From NCBI GenBank assembly GCA_035447925.1, contig DAOTHY010000002.1:40248-104247 (forward strand): a stretch of 64,000 bases of DNA. Direction: 5' to 3'. The notes under the pieces were generated by a model. The model was not told the origin of the DNA, did not search any database, and saw only the letters and a list, made by a program, of their open reading frames with translations. The DNA comes from Thermotogota bacterium (GTDB taxonomy: Bacteria > Thermotogota > Thermotogae > MWEM01). Below are positions 47,103 to 57,601 of the stretch, piece by piece. The first letter of the stretch is position 1. Each line of letters starts with the position of its first letter. The translations under genes were made by a program, and so were the position numbers.

Positions 47103-49167
47103 TGTTCTCTCTATTCAATACAATCTCACTGAAATTACCCAACCTCAATAAAAAATCATCCAGATTTTTCAAAAATCCTAATCGGGTTAATTTCAAATCC
47201 TCTCTCTCCGACATGACAAACACATTTTCAAAATAATTATCGATATCGCTCTTCAATTGCTTGGTTTCTACTAAAGCTGTTCGATAATCGAATCGGTTTA
47301 AAGCCAAAGAAATTGCATCTCGGATATCGTTAAAATGTTCTTCCAAAACGCTTTCTTCCTGATGCTCAAACAATCTGGAATCGTAATATGAAGATGAATG
47401 ATTTTTTGAAATATTATGGATTCTTTCAAAGATACACATTAAATCAGTGATATCCCCATTCAGCTTTAAATCACTTAGTGCATCGGCAGCCATCACACAT
47501 CTCATGGGGTTATTTGCAAGATGCACTGTGGCATTGATTACGTCATACGGAATACCTTTTTCTGACAGATAATAATCAATTCTGTTTTTTAACAAATCCT
47601 TGAAAATAGCCTTTAGGTTTTCCTGTTGTGAATCATCAATTTCAAAACGATACTGTTGTATTGCCTCATCAAAGAGTTTCTGCAGGTCCATATCCCATTC
47701 CCTGGCAACAAGAATATTGACACATTTTGTTAAAGCCCTTCTCAAACCAAAGGGATCCTTAGATCCGCTTGGGATATGGTTGATTAGCAAATTACCAGCA
47801 ATCGTATCTAAATTATCTGCCAAAGTGGTAATACAACCGTTAAGTGTTTCCGGAACACCCTCGATGTATTGCTCTTCTATTGCTTGATAAACATTGAAAG
47901 GTTCTCCTGCAACTTTTGCATAGATTCTCCCCATCACCCCTTGGAGTTCGGGAAACTCGTAAACCATTTGAGTGGTTAAGTCATTTTTCATAAGTTCTAC
48001 AACCCTTTTAACCTGCTGAACATTTTCACCCTCTATTTCCAGAAAACGGCATACTTCAACAGACAGATCGCTGACTCTGAGTATCTTATCATAAAGAGAC
48101 CCTAATTTATTCTGAAAGCCTATTTCTTTTAATGCTTCCGTTTTGTTTTCAAAAGGAACCTTTAGATCTTCTAGATAAAGGAACAAAGCATCTTCTAATC
48201 TTGCCTCGATTACTTTTTTATATCCTGATTTGACATTATCAACAGAATGCTTGTCGTTATCTTGAAAAGAGACAAAATGAGGAACAATTTCACCGTCTTT
48301 CAAAACAGGAAAAGTTCTCTGATGATGTTTGAGTGTTGTGATTAACACCTCTTTCGGCAATCGTAAGAATTTTGAATCATACGTTCCGAATACGGGGTTT
48401 GGAAACTCCGTGATAGCCGTAACTTCTTCAATTAATTGATCATCGCCGGGAACTTTAACACCGTTGTCTTTTTCTACCCTACGGATATCATCGATTATTT
48501 TCTGTTTTCGCATCCTCTGATCGGCATATACATCATTTTCTTTCATCAAATCAAAATACTGATCGGCCAAATCCAATTCAACCAAAGATTCTTTAAATCG
48601 ATGGGCAAGGGTTGTTTTACTGCTTTTTATGCCCATCAATTCAATATCTATCAATTGATCTGCTAAAATGGCGACGATATTGTGGATAGGACGGACAAAC
48701 TTATAATCACCTTGAGCCCAACGCATTGGTTTTTTGAAACTGAGATTGCCCAAAAAAGAACTTAATTGTTTCTCCAGAACATCTTTAGTGCTTAGACCTT
48801 CCACTAAACGCTTAATGTAGCAATAATTTTCCATGTTTTCCTCTTTAAAAATCAAATCATTTTCTGTGGCTTTATTTCCTCGTAAAAAACCAACTAACGC
48901 CTTTGTGGGCTCACCCTGAGCATCATAAGCAATACGCTTTGCAGGTCCTCTCTTCACTTCTTCTAAGTCCTCTTGCTTCAAGGCCATATTCTGAACATAC
49001 ATTCCAAATCTTCTGGATGAGTAAAAAAACAGCATTTGATCATGCTTTATCCTTAATCGTTGAAGGAATTCAGAAAAACCTTTTTCAAATTGTTCACGTA
49101 ATAATTCAATTTCAGTAGGTGGAATTTCTTCAGTAATAATTTCAAGAATAAAGTCATTCTTTGCCAT
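47092..49167 (-). CDS. glyS: Glycine--tRNA ligase beta subunit
   Basis: N-terminus 'FILEIITEEIPP' (~LLEIGTEELP), ~691 aa. Own SD AAGGGAGA 6 nt upstream of ATG 49167. No glyQ in the window. Confidence 0.88.
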   Translation of the reverse strand: MAKNDFILEIITEEIPPTEIELLREQFEKGFSEFLQRLRIKHDQMLFFYSSRRFGMYVQNMALKQEDLEEVKRGPAKRIAYDAQGEPTKALVGFLRGNKATENDLIFKEENMENYCYIKRLVEGLSTKDVLEKQLSSFLGNLSFKKPMRWAQGDYKFVRPIHNIVAILADQLIDIELMGIKSSKTTLAHRFKESLVELDLADQYFDLMKENDVYADQRMRKQKIIDDIRRVEKDNGVKVPGDDQLIEEVTAITEFPNPVFGTYDSKFLRLPKEVLITTLKHHQRTFPVLKDGEIVPHFVSFQDNDKHSVDNVKSGYKKVIEARLEDALFLYLEDLKVPFENKTEALKEIGFQNKLGSLYDKILRVSDLSVEVCRFLEIEGENVQQVKRVVELMKNDLTTQMVYEFPELQGVMGRIYAKVAGEPFNVYQAIEEQYIEGVPETLNGCITTLADNLDTIAGNLLINHIPSGSKDPFGLRRALTKCVNILVAREWDMDLQKLFDEAIQQYRFEIDDSQQENLKAIFKDLLKNRIDYYLSEKGIPYDVINATVHLANNPMRCVMAADALSDLKLNGDITDLMCIFERIHNISKNHSSSYYDSRLFEHQEESVLEEHFNDIRDAISLALNRFDYRTALVETKQLKSDIDNYFENVFVMSEREDLKLTRLGFLKNLDDFLLRLGNFSEIVLNRENNDE

Positions 49168-50163
49168 TTCAGGTCTCCCTTCGAGTTCTATATTTTTTGA
49201 TTCTTTTATTCGATTTGGTTTTCCTTCAACGATGGTTAGCTTCAATAAAGGTGTTTTTATCCGTTTACTCCCCTTTTTAATCTGTTTTGAAAATTCCACA
49301 GAAGTTAAATCTTTCGGTAGTCTCTTAAAATTGCAATGATAAATCGATTCATTGAAGAACTGTCTCTCGTTTTCAAAAACAGCTTGGTTCGTAAAAGTCT
49401 TCTTAATCGCAGAAAGATAATAAACATCATAAATGCTTCTCTGAGAATCCATTGAAAGATCTTCATCATTCTCACTTAAATCCTGAATTAAAATCAGAGG
49501 TAAAAAATGATCCTTGACCGATGTTGTATGAAAAGAATTGAACATTTCCTTCTCCTTTTCCTTATGCATCAACATGATTTCAATTTCGCTATTTTCATAA
49601 AGCCAATAAATGAATTCTTTAGATAGCGTTCCTCTTTTAATACTGGCATCATATACTCCAGAATTTACATGGTTCATGATTTGAGTTTTTAAATCACTTT
49701 GGCCATTAATGAAATGATCATGTTTTTTATCAGCAAAAAAAATTGTGTGAATTCCCAGTATAAAAGCACCAATCACGACAAAAGAATCTGAGACATTAAA
49801 AACCGCAAACCCATTCACATAAATAAAATCGACAACTGCACCTTTAAACAGTCGATCAATTTGATTTCCCAATGCTCCGCCAATGATGGAACCAAAAGCA
49901 AAAGCCAGCCAAGGAGATTCTTTTACAAATTTTAAAGACACTAAAAAAACCATGACAATGATCACAAAAACCAAAGGAATCAAAATATGGGTGTAGCCTT
50001 GAAACATTCCAAAGGAAACACCTGTGTTTCCCACGTTGGTAATCATGAGAAACTCACCCAATACCTGAATAGTCCTTCCTGGAGATACCATCTCAACAAT
50101 TATTTTTTTTGACAGCTGATCTAAAAACAACGCAAGAACCAGCCAAAACGACATTAATGTCAT
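49168..50163 (-). CDS. lspA: Lipoprotein signal peptidase II (LspA) with ~178-aa C-terminal extension that runs in frame, without a stop codon, into glyS
   Basis: LspA motifs 'NTGVSFGMF', 'GGALGNQIDRL', 'GAVVDFIYV', 'FNVSDSFVVIGAFIL' in the first ~150 aa. The ORF track shows one uninterrupted 1023-aa frame covering this region and glyS. Confidence 0.7.
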
Positions 50164-50166
50164 ATT

Positions 50167-51282
50167 TTAGTCCCTTTTTTGTTTTGAAAAATATACGAGT
50201 TCTTGCTCAATAAAGTCATCGATATCTCCATCCATCACAGCGTCTGTGTTTCCCGTTTCATTGCTTGTGCGGAGATCTTTTACCATTCGATAAGGATGAA
50301 ATACATAAGAACGTATTTGATTACCCCAAGAAACATCGTTCAACTCACCTTGAATGGTGTCAACATCTTGTCTTTGTTTTTCATATTCGACCCGGTACAA
50401 TTTTGCCATTAAAATTTTCATTGCAGTTTCTTTGTTTTGGTGTTGATTCCTCTGTGACTGGCAAGTCACAACAATATTTGTTGGCAGATGAGTGAGCCTT
50501 ACCGCTGATTCAGTGCGATTGACGTGCTGACCTCCAGCGCCGGAGGCTCGATAAAGATCAACCCTTATATCCTCAGGATTTATCTCTACTGATATAGTAT
50601 CATCCAACTCGGGTAAAATACTAACAGATGCAAAAGATGTGTGTCTTCTGCTATTTGAATCGAATGGAGAAATTCTTACCAAACGATGGATCCCCTGTTC
50701 GTACTTTAAATAGCCATAAACATATTCGCCTTTAACCAGCATTGTGACACCTTTGATTCCAGCTTCATCACCCGGTTGTGTTTCGATAATTTCGACAGAG
50801 AAGCTTCTTCTTTCTGCCCATCGTATGTACATTCTCATCAACATCTGTGCCCAATCTTGAGATTCAGTTCCTCCAGCACCTGCATGTATGGTTAAGAATG
50901 CATTGTTCATATCAAATTTCTCGTTGAGTAACATGGATAACTCAAAAGATTTGACTTCTTTCTTAATTTTGGACAAAAGGGAGAGAAAATGCTCCTCCAT
51001 TGAAACGTCCTCTTCCGCAAACTCCAGGGCAACAGAAGCATCTTCAAAGGTCAGATCTATTTTTTTGATTTCTTCCATCAATGAACGAATCACCTTTGCA
51101 TCTTTTAGAACTTGGGCAGCGTTTTCAGGATCATTCCAGAATTCGGAATTTCCCATTTCACTTTCAAGTTTAGCTAGTCTTTTTAGTGCACTATTGATAT
51201 CAAAAACTTTTGAGGTTTCTTCAAATTTCTGCCTTAATTCAGTATATTCTTGCTTATTCTCGTATGTCAACATCACTTTCAC
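50167..51282 (-). CDS. prfB: Peptide chain release factor 2
   Basis: 'SGAGGQHVNRTESAVRLTHLPT' (GGQ), SPF-region RF2 type, 371 aa in a single frame (no +1 frameshift site). Confidence 0.9.
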   Translation of the reverse strand: MKVMLTYENKQEYTELRQKFEETSKVFDINSALKRLAKLESEMGNSEFWNDPENAAQVLKDAKVIRSLMEEIKKIDLTFEDASVALEFAEEDVSMEEHFLSLLSKIKKEVKSFELSMLLNEKFDMNNAFLTIHAGAGGTESQDWAQMLMRMYIRWAERRSFSVEIIETQPGDEAGIKGVTMLVKGEYVYGYLKYEQGIHRLVRISPFDSNSRRHTSFASVSILPELDDTISVEINPEDIRVDLYRASGAGGQHVNRTESAVRLTHLPTNIVVTCQSQRNQHQNKETAMKILMAKLYRVEYEKQRQDVDTIQGELNDVSWGNQIRSYVFHPYRMVKDLRTSNETGNTDAVMDGDIDDFIEQELVYFSKQKRD

Positions 51283-51283
51283 C

Positions 51284-53950
51284 TCATCGCTTGACTTTGA
51301 ATCGCTTCTTTTTTATATTATTTTGAGCAGTCTGGGAAATCTTGCGTCTCTTTTTCCTGTTAAAAGTATCGATTTCATCGTGTGTGTATTGAAGGTTGTC
51401 AATCTCTTTCTGAGCTTCATTTGATGCCTTTTCTGTACTTGTTTTCACCAATCTGAGTAACATAGAAGCCATGTCATCGTAAATGGAATCAATCATCTCG
51501 TCAAATAATCTGTGGGCTTCCTTTTTATACTCCATCTTGGGATCCTTCTGACCAAAGGCACGGAGACTAATTCCTTCTTTAACACGCTCAGTTGATTCCA
51601 GATGTTTTCTCCATCTTTCATCTACTATTCTTAACAAGAGGAATTTCTGCAACCCGGAGAAATCGTCACCAATTTCAGATTTTTTTTCTAAATAAGCATC
51701 ATATAATACATCAAAACATTCCTTTTCAAGTTCTTCAATTGTGTTATATTTATCTAATTTTAAAAAATCTGTATCGACATTGAAGATCCGCAACGATTTT
51801 TTTAGCCCATCTATATCCCAATCATTGCCTGTCGTATAGCTTGAAACCCTTCTTTGTACAACGTCTTCGTAAATCTCTTTTAAATGGCTGGAGATATCCT
51901 CTTCTTCCAATATCCAATCTCGGTGTTCATAAATGGCCTTTCTCTGAGAATCCATGATGGTATCCAGCTCAAGCAGATATTTACGCATGGCAAAATGCAT
52001 GCCTTCCACCTTTTTTTGAGCCTTTTCTATGATACCCGTCAACATGGGATGATGAATGGGTTCACCCTCGTTAAGCTTTAACACATCCATGATTTTACCA
52101 ATCTTTTCTCCGCCGAATACCCTAACCAAATCATCTTCAACCGATAAGAAAAATTTCGATTGACCCGGATCGCCTTGCCTGCCGCTTCTTCCTCTAAGCT
52201 GATTGTCAATTCTTCTCGCTTCATGTCTCTCGGTGCCGATGACATACAAACCGCCCTTTGCGGTAACACCCGGGGACAGTTTAATATCCGTTCCACGTCC
52301 CGCCATATTGGTTGCTATGGTTATTGCACTTTCTTCACCCGCACGGGCAATGATCTCTGCTTCTCTTTCGTGGTATTTGGCGTTTAACACTTCATGAGCT
52401 AATCCCAGTTTATTGAGGGTATGACTTACCAGTTCGCTTTTTTCAATCGAAGTCGTTCCTACCAACACCGGTTGTCCCTGATCATGGCACGATTTTATCT
52501 GATTAATAATCGCCTGATATTTTTCCACAACAGTCCGATAAATTTCATCATCGTTATCCGTTCTAACAACCGGTTTGTTCGTAGGGATAACCAGCACATC
52601 CATGTGATAAATCTGCTCAAATTCCTCTTCTTCTGTTTTAGCCGTACCGGTCATACCGGCCAGTTTATCATACATTCTAAAGAAGTTTTGAAAAGTAATA
52701 CTGGCATAAGTCACAGATTCTTCACGCACTTTGACATTTTCCTTTGCTTCAAGTGCCTGATGCAAACCACCACTGAAACGTCTACCCGGCATCAATCTCC
52801 CGGTAAAAGAATCAACGATAACCAGTTCTGAGTCTTCAGTTACGATATAATCCACTTCATTCTTATACAAATGATGAGCGATCAACGCATTATTGATATG
52901 GTAAAGGTTGTCAATATTAGCGGGATCATAGAGGTTGTCGATCCCCAATAATTTTTCGGCTTTGGCAATACCTTTTTCTGTCAAAGTGCAACTCCTGCTT
53001 TTTTCATCCATCTCAAAATCTTCATCTTTTTTGAATTTCGTGATCATTTTCGCAAACTTCGAATAAACAATTTCAGCACCTTGACTGGGGCCGGAAATAA
53101 TCAAAGGTGTTCTGGCTTCATCTATCAGAATGCTGTCTACTTCGTCAACGATAGCAAAAAAATGTGTGGGTTGTGATTTTGCATCTGAACTATACACAAG
53201 ATTATCACGTAGATAATCAAACCCAAATTCATTGTTGGTACCATAGACAATGTCCAACTGATAGACTTCTTTTCGATTAATTTCAACCAGTTTTGTTTTA
53301 AAAGCATCCACCACCTGTTTATTTAACTGATCCGGTTGGGGGATGTCGGTAACAAGATCCAATGGCCAAACACTTTCATTATTTCTTAAGGCATTAATGG
53401 CCTTTTCCTCCTCTTCCCAAACGACTTGATAAGTTATTGTCTGATTGTTAATCACACCTACTGTAAGCCCTAAAGAAAGGTATATCGGCGCCATCCACAT
53501 GGCATCTCTTCTCGCCAAATAATCGTTCACAGTTACCATGTGAACCCCTTTTGAATACATTGCATTTAACGTTACAGGCATTGTAGCTACAAGGGTTTTT
53601 CCTTCTCCGGTTTTCATTTCAGCGACTTCACCATTATCTAGGGCAATCGCACCGATTAATTGAACATCAAAAGGTCTCAATCCTAAAGTTCTTTTTGCGA
53701 TTTCTCTTACGATGGCATACAATTCAATTCTCATCTCTTCATGTATGGACTGTCTGGAGCTTTTGTCGCTTGCTTGCTGATCAGTTAAGAGTTGTTTCAT
53801 TTCTTTGATGCGATCTTGTAAAACCACTGTTTTTTCTATTGCATATTTTTTCTCGAATTCACCTATATAGCGAGTGATGTCCGTATATTTTTTGATTCTT
53901 CTTTCGTTCTTATCGAATAATTTGGTAAAAAAATTCATGTTGTTCAACAA
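51284..53950 (-). CDS. secA: Preprotein translocase ATPase SecA
   Basis: DEAD-like motor 'MKTGEGKTLVAT', 'VDEVDSILIDEARTPLIISG', 'TNMAGRGTDIKL'. 888 aa. Confidence 0.95.
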   Translation of the reverse strand: MLNNMNFFTKLFDKNERRIKKYTDITRYIGEFEKKYAIEKTVVLQDRIKEMKQLLTDQQASDKSSRQSIHEEMRIELYAIVREIAKRTLGLRPFDVQLIGAIALDNGEVAEMKTGEGKTLVATMPVTLNAMYSKGVHMVTVNDYLARRDAMWMAPIYLSLGLTVGVINNQTITYQVVWEEEEKAINALRNNESVWPLDLVTDIPQPDQLNKQVVDAFKTKLVEINRKEVYQLDIVYGTNNEFGFDYLRDNLVYSSDAKSQPTHFFAIVDEVDSILIDEARTPLIISGPSQGAEIVYSKFAKMITKFKKDEDFEMDEKSRSCTLTEKGIAKAEKLLGIDNLYDPANIDNLYHINNALIAHHLYKNEVDYIVTEDSELVIVDSFTGRLMPGRRFSGGLHQALEAKENVKVREESVTYASITFQNFFRMYDKLAGMTGTAKTEEEEFEQIYHMDVLVIPTNKPVVRTDNDDEIYRTVVEKYQAIINQIKSCHDQGQPVLVGTTSIEKSELVSHTLNKLGLAHEVLNAKYHEREAEIIARAGEESAITIATNMAGRGTDIKLSPGVTAKGGLYVIGTERHEARRIDNQLRGRSGRQGDPGQSKFFLSVEDDLVRVFGGEKIGKIMDVLKLNEGEPIHHPMLTGIIEKAQKKVEGMHFAMRKYLLELDTIMDSQRKAIYEHRDWILEEEDISSHLKEIYEDVVQRRVSSYTTGNDWDIDGLKKSLRIFNVDTDFLKLDKYNTIEELEKECFDVLYDAYLEKKSEIGDDFSGLQKFLLLRIVDERWRKHLESTERVKEGISLRAFGQKDPKMEYKKEAHRLFDEMIDSIYDDMASMLLRLVKTSTEKASNEAQKEIDNLQYTHDEIDTFNRKKRRKISQTAQNNIKKKRFKVKR

Positions 53951-53957
53951 CCCCTTT

Positions 53958-55253
53958 TCAGAAAATTCTAATAATTTCCTTTTTTATTTTATCATCAAAA
54001 GAAGAAAAGAAGTAACAGTGAAAATCAAATATTTTGTTATACTCAACCCCCATTTCATATACCTCTCTTTTCCCGATTTTCTCAATTATCTCATTCAACA
54101 CTTGAATTAACCCACTCTCTTCAGAATTTTTTTGCGAAAGAATGGGTAAAAAATTTGAAATTAAAAAATACTGACCTTGAACTGTTAAATAGTATTCGTT
54201 GGTGTAAGGTTTGATGGTGATTTGGTCTTTACTCATGCCCCATTTTAACATATGTTTGCGAAAGGCTTCGATTTGAAGATAATCTTCATTAGCTTTAAAA
54301 CCAATTAGCCAATCACCTTCCGATTCATAAAAAAAACCATATATCATGGTGGACTCAATCAAGGGATAGAACATTTGCCATTCGTCAACGGAGGATACCA
54401 CTTCAAACTCCTGATAAAAAAGATCCCTTAGTCTTACATCAGAGAAAATAAGCAACCGTTTGGGAATGGAATGCTCAAAGGGTAATTCAATGGATTGAAC
54501 AAAAAACTGAGTCAATTGATTTCTTGGTTCTGAAACAGAGGAATTCAAAGTCTTCGTTTCTATGTTTAAAAATGAAAAGGCATTTGTTATAGTCAAATTT
54601 TTGATTGGTGTCTCAACATAAAGCAAAATATCCTCAGAAAACACATTTCTGTTCACCATTGTGTCAATAAATTCGGAAAGGGATTTTTCTTTTGTGGCAG
54701 CAATCAAATAATCTCCTTGCTGGAAGAATTGTGCTTGAAATCCAGAAATGATTTCCAACAATTCTTGCAATCCCGAAAAATTCTCAATAATAATTATTCC
54801 ATTTTTCAAACCTTCTTCCGTTATATGGAATATTTTTTCGATATTAAATAAGTACTCCTCATAATCATTGAAAATATCATTATCGAAGACTTCTGTTTTC
54901 TGTCGAACAACAATGAGCTTGGACTGAAGGAATCTTTTTACAAGACCCATTTCACACTCATATTTTTGTGAGATCTCTTCAACGGTGATTAGATTCTTTG
55001 ATTCGATAGCATGTTTGATTGAAAAACGATTGAATTCCTTCATATTGGAATAACCGACTGTCCAATCCAATGGCGAATTGAAATAACACACACATTCACT
55101 TTCAAGTGACCAGGGAATGGACTGACCAAAACCTTTAAAAATGAATAGGCTTCCTAAAAAAAACACCAAAAAGAGCCGACGCAGGCCGGCTCTTTTTTCA
55201 TCTCTTTTTGATCTATGATTAAAACATCTGACCATATCCAAATTGAATTCCAC
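53958..55253 (-). CDS. Hypothetical secreted/periplasmic protein (431 aa) between bamA and secA
   Basis: N-terminal hydrophobic segment (LRRLFLVFFLGSLFIFKGFG) consistent with a signal peptide. No recognisable motifs. 5' end overlaps the bamA 3' end. Confidence 0.5.
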   Translation of the reverse strand: MEFNLDMVRCFNHRSKRDEKRAGLRRLFLVFFLGSLFIFKGFGQSIPWSLESECVCYFNSPLDWTVGYSNMKEFNRFSIKHAIESKNLITVEEISQKYECEMGLVKRFLQSKLIVVRQKTEVFDNDIFNDYEEYLFNIEKIFHITEEGLKNGIIIIENFSGLQELLEIISGFQAQFFQQGDYLIAATKEKSLSEFIDTMVNRNVFSEDILLYVETPIKNLTITNAFSFLNIETKTLNSSVSEPRNQLTQFFVQSIELPFEHSIPKRLLIFSDVRLRDLFYQEFEVVSSVDEWQMFYPLIESTMIYGFFYESEGDWLIGFKANEDYLQIEAFRKHMLKWGMSKDQITIKPYTNEYYLTVQGQYFLISNFLPILSQKNSEESGLIQVLNEIIEKIGKREVYEMGVEYNKIFDFHCYFFSSFDDKIKKEIIRIF

Positions 55254-57552
55254 CCCATTGCGGCCCTTTTGAGCTGATTAGATAAGGAGAAAAATCCCAT
55301 GGCACATCCAATCGCAGTACACCAAACCCCGGTATGTTGAATCTAAATCCAAACCCTAAACTGGAATACAGTTTTGAGTTGGAAATTTCGGTAAAAGTAT
55401 TCCACCCCACCGCATTATCGTTAAAAACAGAGAATTCAATTGAAAGATTGTTGGTGTTAACAAATCTGAATCGGTATTCGAGATTAATGGCATTCACATA
55501 GTTTACACGAATACCCCGTTCATAATCAATGCCTCGAATAAAGAGGTTGTTGGGGCCGCCAATAGAATAATTGATGGGATCATCCTCATCTTCCCAGGGA
55601 ATTTGCGCTGAGAAAAATCGTCCGGCAAAGATGTGATTTTCCCATGGCGAATAGAATCCGCTGATTGATTCATTTAATCGTAGCCAATGATCTGTAACAA
55701 ATGCAAAAGGTAATGACCATTCTGCTCTTGACTTAAATAAATAGCCTTCATTAGGACTGATCAAGTCATCACGCCTATCGTATTGATAATCACCACCCAA
55801 TACCAAACGCATGCCTTCTTTAGCAATTTGATTGGTAATACTGGCTTCATCTGTACTGAAATTAAAATTCACAAATTTACCCCAAGTAATATCCATACCG
55901 ACTTTTTGGAAATCATCAATCCGATAACTGATATTAGGTCTAATGGTGAAATCTTCCGATTCAAAAGTAACAGCTGTTGCTATTTTCGTATCAGTAGAAG
56001 GATCGTCAATCTCTAAAGTCCTCTCGTTGAAGTTTTTTCCATATGAAATACTTAATCCGGCATCGATCGGTGATCGAAAAATACTACTCACATTATAACC
56101 TACACTGATGCTTGGGTATTTCCCAAGCACCGTATTAACACTAATTGTCTGGCCTTGACCCATGGGATTCTTCAAAGAAAGCCCTATTTTACCGTTTATT
56201 CTTTGAATAAATGATTCCCCTATACTGGTCGGTTCAAGAGATATCCCCGTATTGATTTCGACATTGTTTTCCATTTCCTGTACTTTCACGATAATCGTCA
56301 CTGCCGTTGAATTCGCAGATATTCCCAACGGTTCCAGATTGATACTGGAGAAATAGCCGGTCTTGTTTAAATTGATATACGTTTGCCTCAACTCTCTCAT
56401 TGTAACGGGTTGGTTCTTCTTAAATGAAATTTCCCTGGTAACCAGATCCTCTCTGGTCTTGTTTAGTCCTTCTATTCTGTAGTCTTTCAAAATTCCCTCT
56501 GTAACCTTAAAAGTCAAACGTTCCTCTGACTTGTAGAATTTAGGAGTAATGACAACCAAGGGATACCCTTTATCCTCATAAATCTTTTTTATTTTTTGAA
56601 CATCCCGTAAAACATTGATCAGATTGACCTGTTTGTCCGCGGTCGATCTTAAATTTTCTAATAGCAAATTAGATGGGAGTAAATGATTCCCTTCTATAGT
56701 TAAATTCGTAAAGGGTTGTTTATCTGGAACAATTGGATTGAGTTGAATCGTTACAACAATATCTGTAACGTGCTCTCCTGTTTCAAGTGGTTCCGGATGA
56801 TTTTCAAATTCCACATTTGTTTCAGGGCCAATCAGTCCGGTATTATAAAGCCTCGATAAGGCCATTTGCAGCTCTGTGTTGGAGGGGTAATTCTTCTTTT
56901 TAATCAAAAACAATCGAAAAAAATCGTCGTAGTAATCCTTCAAAAGCCTGAGATCAAGAATCTCTTTGACCTCTTCGTAACGTATATCCCCGATATCACC
57001 CTTTAAAACAATATCGTAAAGGGCGTATTCCCAAATATCGATTACCAGGATACCATCGAGTAAAAATGATCCGAATTCATCCTCTTGAACGTTATTTTTA
57101 ATCTCCAATAATTGATAACCTGACATGAGATATTGATTCTTCAAGGCGTTTTGAGTTTTGATTAGTCGTTTAAAATTTAATGCCTTACTCGTTTCAACAG
57201 TAATATATTCCTCAAGTGTCTTCTTTGAAATCAAGCCGGGACCGCTTATATTGAGCTGAATCTCTTTTACAATTGGATATTCTTGTAGTTCGATTCTTAG
57301 AATCTGAGAGTTGCTGATATAACTACTTAAAGTATATTTGACATCCTGAAAATATCCCATATCTCTGATATTAAAGATATCCCTGTCAATGTCTGCATAA
57401 GTCACATCATTTCCTTCATGACATTTGGTGATAACCGACAAGATTTCCTCGGTACTCACTGAAAAATTACCTGAAATTTCCAATAGACCGATGTTAATCC
57501 CAAAGGAAGTACTCACAATGCTCAGTAAAATAAAGATATAAACAACACTCAT
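55219..57552 (-). CDS. bamA: Outer membrane protein assembly factor BamA (Omp85/D15)
   Basis: Signal peptide, repeated POTRA-like units, C-terminal 16-strand barrel ending in the aromatic signature (…GYGQMF). Start may be 57588 or internal Met 57552. Confidence 0.85.
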   Translation of the reverse strand: MSVVYIFILLSIVSTSFGINIGLLEISGNFSVSTEEILSVITKCHEGNDVTYADIDRDIFNIRDMGYFQDVKYTLSSYISNSQILRIELQEYPIVKEIQLNISGPGLISKKTLEEYITVETSKALNFKRLIKTQNALKNQYLMSGYQLLEIKNNVQEDEFGSFLLDGILVIDIWEYALYDIVLKGDIGDIRYEEVKEILDLRLLKDYYDDFFRLFLIKKKNYPSNTELQMALSRLYNTGLIGPETNVEFENHPEPLETGEHVTDIVVTIQLNPIVPDKQPFTNLTIEGNHLLPSNLLLENLRSTADKQVNLINVLRDVQKIKKIYEDKGYPLVVITPKFYKSEERLTFKVTEGILKDYRIEGLNKTREDLVTREISFKKNQPVTMRELRQTYINLNKTGYFSSINLEPLGISANSTAVTIIVKVQEMENNVEINTGISLEPTSIGESFIQRINGKIGLSLKNPMGQGQTISVNTVLGKYPSISVGYNVSSIFRSPIDAGLSISYGKNFNERTLEIDDPSTDTKIATAVTFESEDFTIRPNISYRIDDFQKVGMDITWGKFVNFNFSTDEASITNQIAKEGMRLVLGGDYQYDRRDDLISPNEGYLFKSRAEWSLPFAFVTDHWLRLNESISGFYSPWENHIFAGRFFSAQIPWEDEDDPINYSIGGPNNLFIRGIDYERGIRVNYVNAINLEYRFRFVNTNNLSIEFSVFNDNAVGWNTFTEISNSKLYSSLGFGFRFNIPGFGVLRLDVPWDFSPYLISSKGPQWGGIQFGYGQMF

Positions 57553-57601
57553 TTTAGATCTCAAAAAATTCCCCTCCTGTATGTACAAACAAAAAAATTA
57601 A

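Noticed and set aside
47092-50163. Single 1023-aa ORF from the six-frame track
   Set aside because: It is clearly composed of LspA (aa 1–150) and GlyS (aa 333–1023), and GlyS has its own SD and ATG. It is annotated as two genes, with the stop-less junction reported as a finding rather than accepting a giant single protein.
50167-51282. Programmed +1 frameshift in prfB
   Set aside because: It was looked for because it is common, but the full RF2 including its N-terminus is in one continuous frame. It is reported as absence only.
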